Source: Alphaproteobacteria bacterium
Lineage (GTDB): Bacteria; Pseudomonadota; Alphaproteobacteria; Micavibrionales; Micavibrionaceae
NCBI GenBank assembly: GCA_033851915.1
Contig: JAWSVM010000002.1
Location: 3,742-67,741, forward strand
Direction: 5' to 3'
DNA: 64,000 bases
The first letter of the stretch is position 1. Every line of letters begins with the position of its first letter. Below are positions 57,498 to 64,000 of the stretch, piece after piece. The notes beneath the pieces were generated by a model. It was not told the origin of the DNA. It ran no database searches and worked only from the letters and a program-made list of their open reading frames with translations. The position numbers were made by a program, and so were the translations under genes.

Positions 57498-57887
57498 TTA
57501 TGAACGTGCTTCCCATGCATTGTCCAGATGCGTAATGTCCAATGTGCCATCCGGCGCATAACACATGGCAATCACATCAAAACGCATATCGCAATTCATA
57601 TAATCAGGATGTTCGGATAAAAAGAACAGCGCCGAATTCTCTATTCGTTTCTTCGCGCGGGGGGTTATAGACTCCAAGGCTTCTGCGATATTACGGCGCA
57701 TTTTCACCTCAACAAAGCACAACAAATTATCTTTTTGCACAATCAGATCAATTTCACCGAATTTTGTCTTATAACGCTGGCGCAATATTGCATAGCCCAA
57801 CGCCTCCAAATACCGCGTCGCCTCTTCCTCTGCGCGAACGCCGCGGGCATAATTCGTCTCGTCATTATTTTGGGCTGCACCCATCAC
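57498..57887 (-). CDS. yraN: YraN-family (UPF0102) endonuclease-like protein
   Basis: GEIDLIV...FVEVK...DVI pattern, about 129 aa. Confidence 0.85.
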   Translation of the reverse strand: MMGAAQNNDETNYARGVRAEEEATRYLEALGYAILRQRYKTKFGEIDLIVQKDNLLCFVEVKMRRNIAEALESITPRAKKRIENSALFFLSEHPDYMNCDMRFDVIAMCYAPDGTLDITHLDNAWEARS

Positions 57888-58780
57888 GTTTCTTTGCTGA
57901 TTTTGAGGGCTATATTATATAAGTCGTTCTTTTTTCTGCCCGTCTTTTCGGCGACAACCGCCGCAGCCTCTTTCGTACGCATTGTTTGCAGCGCGATGCG
58001 TATCATATCGTGAACAGCCTCATCACTGATTTCCACCTCTTCAGGCGGCGCAATAACCAGCACAATTTCACCACGCGGCAAGCCCTCTTCTTCATAATGC
58101 GCCCGTAAAACAGCAGGCATATCTTTACGCACTTCCTCATACATCTTGGTAATCTCGCGCACAACCGCAACCTCACGCGCCCCAAACACGGTTTCTATAT
58201 CCTGCAAAGCCCCCAATAAACGCGGCGCGGTTTCAAAGGCAATCAACGTCCCCGGCACATCGCGCCATTGCGTCAATAATTTCTGACGCGCATTGGTTTT
58301 GTTAGGCAAAAACCCGATAAAGCAAAACCTGTCACTCGGTAATCCCGATATTTGAAGGGCCGCCAACGGCGCACTCGCCCCCGGAATTGTGGTGATGTAA
58401 ACGCCCTCAGCTTCACAATCACGCACCAACTTATACCCAGGATCAGAAATTAACGGCATCCCCGCATCACTGACCAAAGCCACAACCTGCCCCGCACTCA
58501 CCTGCTCAACAATAGATTGACGGCGGGTCTCGTCACTATGGTCATTATAAGAATATAGCTTTCCCTTAATTTGATAAGCATGCAGCAACTTTCGCGTCAC
58601 CCGCGTATCCTCACACATAATAACGTCGGCATTGCGCAAAACCTCCAAAGCCCTCAAGGAAATATCGCGCAGATTTCCAATCGGCGTGGCGACAATATAC
58701 AAGCCGCTCTTTAAATGCACACTTGCCTCTGGATTTTCAGTTGCTTTTTCTATATCGTCCATACTCATAATCGACATCAT
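57884..58780 (-). CDS. rsmI: 16S rRNA (cytidine1402-2'-O)-methyltransferase
   Basis: LYIVATPIGNLRDISLRALEVL and CEDTRVTRKLL. The start is uncertain (ATGs at 58762-58780); the 58828 start would overlap the divergent lpoA gene. Confidence 0.9.
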   Translation of the reverse strand: MMSIMSMDDIEKATENPEASVHLKSGLYIVATPIGNLRDISLRALEVLRNADVIMCEDTRVTRKLLHAYQIKGKLYSYNDHSDETRRQSIVEQVSAGQVVALVSDAGMPLISDPGYKLVRDCEAEGVYITTIPGASAPLAALQISGLPSDRFCFIGFLPNKTNARQKLLTQWRDVPGTLIAFETAPRLLGALQDIETVFGAREVAVVREITKMYEEVRKDMPAVLRAHYEEEGLPRGEIVLVIAPPEEVEISDEAVHDMIRIALQTMRTKEAAAVVAEKTGRKKNDLYNIALKISKET

Positions 58781-58811
58781 TACCTTAATTTTTGAAGAGA
58801 GTAGCAGACTC

Positions 58812-60119
58812 ATGCGCGAATTACACACCGGATTACGTTTTTATTCCATATTGCCACTATTTTGCGTTTTACTAACCTCTTTGGTCTTAGGCAGCTGTGT
58901 TTCCTCCGGCGGATATAACACCCAACCATGGAAATCATCCAACCAATCAGGCAGACAAAACGCCGCGCAAACACCAAACGATTTATCCGTTGCGGCCGTA
59001 GAGCAACAAGCCCTCGGCGCACCGAATCAGGCACAAGGCAATGGCCTCCCCCCTGTTAAAGTCGCTATTTTATTACCACTCAGCGGGCAGCATTCCAAAC
59101 TGGGGCAAGCCATGTTAAACGCCGCGCAAATCGCATTATTCGATGTTGGCTACGATAATTTCGAACTTCTCCCCAAAGATACCAAAGGCACGGCGGAAGG
59201 CGCACGCAATGCCGCGCGTTCTGCTCTGCAAGATGGTGCAAAGCTTGTTCTTGGCCCTGTGTTTTCCACCTCTGTAAAAGCCGCACGCCAAGTGACACAA
59301 AGCGCAAACGTCAATATGATCGCCTTCTCAACGGACTGGACATTGGCAAACAGCCACACATTTCTGATTGGCTTCTTGCCCTTTGACCAAGTGGAGCGCG
59401 TTATACGCTATGCCAGCAACGCCGGATATAACAACATCGGCGTTCTCAGCCCACGCGACAGTTACGGCAATGGCGTGGTTTCTGCCTATCAATCAATTGC
59501 CCGCCGCGCAGGCATTGAAACATCCCGCATTGAACGCTTTTCACCGCAAGGACATGATTTAGGGAAAGTCATCAAATCTTTCTCTGATTATGAAGCTCGC
59601 CGCGCCAGTAAAAACGCCCACGGCGCGCCGTTTAATGCCATTTTAATGCCTGTAGGCAGCACCATCGCGCGCCAAGTCGGCAGCTTCCTCAATCACTATG
59701 ATTTACCGGCGTCTCAAGTCAAACGTCTGGGAACAGGCTTGATGGACGACCCCGCACTTGCACGTGATAAATCGATGGATGGCGCATGGTTCGCCGCCCC
59801 CGCGCCCGCCGCACGCATAAAGTTCGAGCGTCGCTATCACAGCATCTATTATTCCAAGCCCCCGCGCATCGCATCATTGGCCTATGACGCCACAGCCCTT
59901 GCCGCCAGCTTAGCACGCAGCGGCCTGCAATATGATAACCGCCCTGCCTATAATCGCCGCGCCATCACCAATCCAAACGGTTTTGCAGGTGTAGACGGCA
60001 TTTTCCGCTTCCGCTCTGACGGTATCGTGGAACGCGGTCTGGCTATCCTTGAATACAGAAAAGGCTCAATTGTTGTAATTGACCAAGCCCCGAAAACATT
60101 CCAAAGACAAGCTTATTAA
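58812..60119 (+). CDS. penicillin-binding protein activator LpoA-like lipoprotein (type 1 periplasmic binding fold)
   Basis: ATG 58812 gives a lipobox LVLGSC. VKVAILLPLSGQHSKLGQAM is present. The gene is divergent from rsmI, as in the conserved cluster. Confidence 0.72.
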   Translation: MRELHTGLRFYSILPLFCVLLTSLVLGSCVSSGGYNTQPWKSSNQSGRQNAAQTPNDLSVAAVEQQALGAPNQAQGNGLPPVKVAILLPLSGQHSKLGQAMLNAAQIALFDVGYDNFELLPKDTKGTAEGARNAARSALQDGAKLVLGPVFSTSVKAARQVTQSANVNMIAFSTDWTLANSHTFLIGFLPFDQVERVIRYASNAGYNNIGVLSPRDSYGNGVVSAYQSIARRAGIETSRIERFSPQGHDLGKVIKSFSDYEARRASKNAHGAPFNAILMPVGSTIARQVGSFLNHYDLPASQVKRLGTGLMDDPALARDKSMDGAWFAAPAPAARIKFERRYHSIYYSKPPRIASLAYDATALAASLARSGLQYDNRPAYNRRAITNPNGFAGVDGIFRFRSDGIVERGLAILEYRKGSIVVIDQAPKTFQRQAY

Positions 60120-60135
60120 AAGCATTTAGTACATC

Positions 60136-60525
60136 ATGACCCTAACCGCCAAACACTATAGAAAAGTCGTAACCTCCCTTGCTCTTTTTGCAATGGGGCT
60201 GGCTTTTCTGGCGCAGATAACACCGCTTTGGGTCAAAAAAATTGATGGCCAGCCTATTGTCATTTGTAGTGCCTTTGGCGAAAGAACCATCTTCCTTGAT
60301 GAAAACGGGCAAAAGATCCCCGCGCCCGTAACAATCCAAAATCATTGTGTCATGTGTTTAACCGCCGCCGCGGATTACACCACACCAACCACAATACATA
60401 TCCTCGGCAAACATGATGCCACCGCGTTTAGGCTGCACATTCCCGCAGACCAACAAACCCTACGCACCCGCACCGTCATCACGGCGCATGCCCCACGCGC
60501 ACCGCCAAGCGCGCACAGCGCTTAA
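60136..60525 (+). CDS. DUF2946-like small membrane-anchored protein with an HCxxC motif
   Basis: N-terminal TM, ICSAFG and NHCVMC. The family assignment is from memory. Confidence 0.45.
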   Translation: MTLTAKHYRKVVTSLALFAMGLAFLAQITPLWVKKIDGQPIVICSAFGERTIFLDENGQKIPAPVTIQNHCVMCLTAAADYTTPTTIHILGKHDATAFRLHIPADQQTLRTRTVITAHAPRAPPSAHSA

Positions 60526-60623
60526 ATAAATATTTCATAAAATCAAATGCCATACCGCCTGAACAATCACGCTTATAAGAAGCGGATAACAGGTTAGCCT
60601 ATGGCACATATTCAAGGAGTTCA

Positions 60624-61733
60624 ATGATGAACACTCTCTATAAAGTCGGCCTGATGGCCGCAACAATCCTATCTGTCTGCCCTCTAAATGCCTCTGCACA
60701 GGACATGCACTTGCATCACGGCAATCATGAAACCCACAACGGCCACCGACACAACGTCCCCGCCGCACCATTAAGCATTATGGGCGACCACACCCATAAG
60801 AAAGGCGAATGGATGGTCTCTTACCGCTTTAAGCACATGGCAATGGAAGGCAACCGCAAAGGAACGAGTTCCATCTCCCCTGAAGAGATTGTGAACACCA
60901 TCGTAAACCCAAACGCACCACCTGCAACATTGCGCGTTGTTCCGACTAAAATGGATATGGACATGCATATGTTCGGGGCAATGTACGGGGTCACTGATAA
61001 ACTGACTTTAATGGCAATGGCCATGTATATGAAAAAGGACATGACCCACATCACTTTTGCAGGCATGGCTGGCGCAACCGAGTTGGGGCGTTTCACAACA
61101 AGGTCCAGCGGTTGGGGAGACACCTCTCTAACAGGCATCTACAACCTTTACGAAACGGCCAACCATAACGTTAATATCAGCCTTGGCATCTCCGCGCCAA
61201 CTGGTTCTATCAAGGAAGAAGATGATATCCTCTCTCCCGCCAATACAACGCCAACATTGCGCCTACCTTACGCGATGCAGCTTGGTTCTGGTACATGGGA
61301 TGCGCTTACGGGTGTAACGTACTCAGGACACAGTGATAAATGGTCATGGGGGGCGCAGTATAATGGTGTGATTCGGCTGGAAAACGAGAACGCACAGGGC
61401 TACAGACGGGGCAATAAGCATACCCTTACGGGCTGGGGCGGATATAAAGTCTCAAACCAGATTACGGTAAATGCACTGGTCAGCGGCGAGACAATTGGCA
61501 AGATTAAAGGCGCGGATTCAAACATCACCGCCCCCGTACAAACCGCCAATCCCGACAATTACGGCGGCAAGACGATAGAACTTGGCGCGGGCTTCATTTA
61601 TGCCTTTGATACCCCGTCTCTAAAAGGGCTGGAATTCGGCGTAGAAGCACGCTTACCCGTATATCAGAACTTAAATGGTGTGCAGATGGAGCGTGACTGG
61701 AACATCACCACGGGGCTAACCTATCGTTTCTAA
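60624..61733 (+). CDS. outer-membrane beta-barrel 'transporter'-type protein with a His-rich N-terminus
   Basis: Signal peptide, then HLHHGNHETHNGHRH and MGDHTH. Alternating beta-strand pattern ends in a C-terminal aromatic residue (TYRF). Confidence 0.55.
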   Translation: MMNTLYKVGLMAATILSVCPLNASAQDMHLHHGNHETHNGHRHNVPAAPLSIMGDHTHKKGEWMVSYRFKHMAMEGNRKGTSSISPEEIVNTIVNPNAPPATLRVVPTKMDMDMHMFGAMYGVTDKLTLMAMAMYMKKDMTHITFAGMAGATELGRFTTRSSGWGDTSLTGIYNLYETANHNVNISLGISAPTGSIKEEDDILSPANTTPTLRLPYAMQLGSGTWDALTGVTYSGHSDKWSWGAQYNGVIRLENENAQGYRRGNKHTLTGWGGYKVSNQITVNALVSGETIGKIKGADSNITAPVQTANPDNYGGKTIELGAGFIYAFDTPSLKGLEFGVEARLPVYQNLNGVQMERDWNITTGLTYRF

Positions 61734-61755
61734 AACAGTATAAAAACACCACAGA

Positions 61756-61783
61756 CCGATTCGCTGTTGCGATAGCGAATCGG
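61756..61783. terminator. perfect 10-bp hairpin CCGATTCGCT-N8-AGCGAATCGG after the OMP gene
   Basis: Read directly. There is no clean T-run on the plus strand. Confidence 0.45.
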
Positions 61784-62038
61784 TTAAAAAAACGCAAAGC
61801 TGCCTAAACGAGGTGGTTCGGTTCCATGAATAATAGATAATAATAAGAACCAATTTAATGTCACAACATACTAAAAATAAACAGTTTTACAAATATGATA
61901 CGCAATATACAAAAAAACACTTCTTCTCTCTTGCCAAAGTGAAAAAAATAAGGCATATCTGTCTTATCTAAATACGACACGATAAGTTTTCATATTGTTC
62001 TTGAACCGCAGCACGTGCGGACATAAAAGGAGAAAGTC

Positions 62039-62635
62039 ATGCAAAGTACAGCCGTCAAAAAAGGCCGTCCCCGCAGTGAAAAATCGCGCAAAGCGATCCT
62101 AAACGCAACAAACAAGCTATTGCTTCAGACATCTGTGCAAGAGCTAAGCATTGAATCAATCGCAAAAAAGGCAAAAGTCGGTAAAACAACGATCTATCGC
62201 TGGTGGCCGAATAAAACCGCCGTTGTCATGGATGCACTGGCCAGCCAACCAGGTATGCAAACCCCTCTGCCAACAGCCAGCAGCCATAAAGAAGCCATAA
62301 CAATGCAACTGGATAAGCTGATCCGCTTAGTTGACAGTAATAACGGTCAAACCATTGCTCAACTGTTCAGTGAAGCGCAAGCCAGCGAAATTTCTTTGGC
62401 TATTTTCAAAGATAATTTATTAGAACCTCTTATGGATGCCATCCGTTACAGCATCGAAGAAGGCCAGAAAAACGGTGAATTCCGTGCTGATATAGACATC
62501 TCCCTTTCGGCAGATATCCTCTGTGGCCCGATTTTCTTCCGCCTCATGGCGCACCCGAAAGATCTGGACGAATCCTTCCGCAAAGAATACCCGGATGAGG
62601 CCATAAAAATCCTCGCACCATCAAATGCGAATTAA
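62039..62635 (+). CDS. TetR/AcrR-family transcriptional regulator
   Basis: N-terminal HTH (SIESIAKKAKVGKTTIYRWWPNK). Confidence 0.9.
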   Translation: MQSTAVKKGRPRSEKSRKAILNATNKLLLQTSVQELSIESIAKKAKVGKTTIYRWWPNKTAVVMDALASQPGMQTPLPTASSHKEAITMQLDKLIRLVDSNNGQTIAQLFSEAQASEISLAIFKDNLLEPLMDAIRYSIEEGQKNGEFRADIDISLSADILCGPIFFRLMAHPKDLDESFRKEYPDEAIKILAPSNAN

Positions 62636-62665
62636 AGTTTAAAGCGTATAAAAAGTAGAGCGAAG

Positions 62666-62697
62666 AGAGTGCGGACATGTTCCGTGCTCTTTTTTTA
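62666..62697 (+). terminator. intrinsic terminator: AGAGTGCGGA-CATG-TTCCGTGCTCT followed by a T7 run
   Basis: Read directly, downstream of the TetR gene. Confidence 0.7.
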
Positions 62698-62726
62698 TGT
62701 TCACTCTTTTTTATGCCCACTCTTTC

Positions 62727-63815
62727 TTATGAAGGAAGCACATTAATATCAGTCTGCGCCCATAAAGATTGGCACAGATCATTCTTGCTGTTCTTCGAAT
62801 AATTCCCGTTCATAATCCAATCCGCAAGCGAACGCGCCACATCAGGATAACGAATTTGAGTGACCTGATCATCTCTCAAAAACTGTGTTAACACCGAACG
62901 ATCCAACCCTTCCATAACATGTGCGGCGCCAAGCTCTTGCAGAGCCATCACATTTGAGCGCTGCTCCGGATGCCCTTCCAACGGGCTCAACAACAACTTT
63001 TTCCCCATATGAAGCGCCTCCGCAGGGGTCATAAAACCACCGCCGGTAATCACGCCCTCACAATCGGCAAAATCACGCCTAAAATCATCCCTATTAAACG
63101 GGTTAAGGGTGATATGCTCCATAACCGCTTTTTCCTTTACCTGCTTGGAATACACATGAAAGCTATACCCACCATGAGGTTGCAAAAAATTCTGAATATC
63201 ATCAAGTTCATCGAACCCGAGATACACCAGTATTTTTCCCTTCACAGGCGCGGCTTCAGCCAAATCCCCGATAAAAGGCGGTAAAATACTATCTTGCCCG
63301 AAATGATGGAAATGCATACCCAGACGGGTTTTCGCACGCGCCAAGCTCTGCGCATTATTCATCAGAAAACTCGAAACCTTCGGAACGTCTTGCTCAAAGG
63401 AATATTGGTGCGCAATACCAATAGATGGTTTATGTGATCCGGACAGCAAATTTTGGAAACGCGTGCTCCACGCTGAAATAGGTTCAAAATCAGAAATAAC
63501 AACATCATAGGGGCGCAAATCCATTGTCATGACATCCTTGGCAAGGCGCGGTAAAATCATAACATTCTGCGCCACAGTTTTAAACATATCCAACTGCCCC
63601 CCATCAACCGCGCGCGCATACCCCTTGCGGTGTAAAACATCGGAAAATATCGATTCATCAACACTACTCAACGCTGTCGAGCCGGAAAACAGCGTGGTAA
63701 TGTGCGCCCCTCTCTTCTCCAACTCGGGAATCAATGCACTGGCACGCGCAATATGCCCCTGCCCATCCGAGGCAACGCCATATAAAATCCGCAATGAATG
63801 GTTATTACCAGACAT
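62727..63815 (-). CDS. MJ1255/VC2487-type (GT-B, MGT-like) glycosyltransferase
   Basis: The N-terminal ILYGVASDGQGHIARASAL resembles the family's G-x-G-H motif. GGFMTPAEALHMGKKLL lies at the C-terminus. Confidence 0.75.
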   Translation of the reverse strand: MSGNNHSLRILYGVASDGQGHIARASALIPELEKRGAHITTLFSGSTALSSVDESIFSDVLHRKGYARAVDGGQLDMFKTVAQNVMILPRLAKDVMTMDLRPYDVVISDFEPISAWSTRFQNLLSGSHKPSIGIAHQYSFEQDVPKVSSFLMNNAQSLARAKTRLGMHFHHFGQDSILPPFIGDLAEAAPVKGKILVYLGFDELDDIQNFLQPHGGYSFHVYSKQVKEKAVMEHITLNPFNRDDFRRDFADCEGVITGGGFMTPAEALHMGKKLLLSPLEGHPEQRSNVMALQELGAAHVMEGLDRSVLTQFLRDDQVTQIRYPDVARSLADWIMNGNYSKNSKNDLCQSLWAQTDINVLPS

Positions 63816-64000
63816 ATATTACTTCCTATTCTCCATACAGCGCACACATTATATCAAAAAAGTAATTTACACAAAAATGCTAACCACACTTTCCGCGAAA
63901 AGAAAACCCTGTGCAGCCGAAACAGCGTTTGGCACATCAACCAAAATCGCGTAATATCACCCCCATGATTGAAGAGCTTGAAAAAATTGACCCTATCGCG

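Noticed and set aside
58632-58811. Upstream 60-codon extension of the LpoA-like ORF
   Set aside because: It runs antisense through the rsmI 5' end. ATG 58812 gives a lipoprotein signal peptide.
63529-63954. 141-aa plus-strand ORF at the right end
   Set aside because: It mostly lies antisense to the well-supported glycosyltransferase gene. A separate short open frame starting at ATG 63965 (MIEELEKIDPIA...) is too short to call.
1-64000. Search for mobile elements, prophage, CRISPR arrays, toxin-antitoxin pairs or known defence systems
   Set aside because: I saw no integrase, transposase, Cas protein or spaced-repeat array. No small paired ORFs with TA-like features or defence-type domains could be recognised by eye.

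Overview
This is a 64-kb chromosomal window, apparently from a moderately AT-rich alphaproteobacterium. The taxonomic guess rests on a CpdR-type single-domain response regulator, a UPF0262 protein, pal-ybgF-tilS-ftsH and lpoA/rsmI/yraN/BON synteny, and Caulobacter-style cpa gene order. No integrase, transposase, CRISPR array or rRNA is visible. Housekeeping genes occupy the flanks. On the left are hisG, infA, maf, an RNase E/G-family gene, glpK/glpD, rluD and cpdR. On the right are split mnmC, dcp, ftsH, tilS, ybgF, pal, rsmI and lpoA. Two tRNAs are present, Phe-GAA and Val-GAC. The centre (about 25.4-46.5 kb) is one extended Tad/Flp pilus locus. The minus strand carries flp1-cpaA-cpaB-cpaC-cpaD-cpaE-cpaF-tadB-tadC. 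A convergent plus-strand trio encodes a pilus N-terminal-domain protein, TadD and a small membrane protein. Upstream of flp1 are tadF/tadE/tadG pseudopilins. The locus also holds non-canonical passengers: a signal peptidase I with an extra 4-TM module; a bicistron encoding a tail-anchored pseudokinase and a Lys-rich 4-TM protein; a periplasmic Pro/Lys-repeat protein ending in an AMIN domain; a WecA/MraY-family transferase; and a second divergent flp gene. The pseudokinase/4-TM/AMIN block is my best candidate for an undescribed Tad accessory module. Other points of interest: two acidic orphan proteins converge on tRNA-Phe (one with an HExxH motif and an internal duplication), next to a 15-bp copy of the tRNA 3' end. 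There is also a small family of GCGTAT-N5-ATACGY hairpins in intra-operon spacers, a 23-bp tandem duplication across the tadG stop codon, and a CtrA-type box upstream of flp1. All product calls come from reading motifs in the supplied translations. No database search was run.
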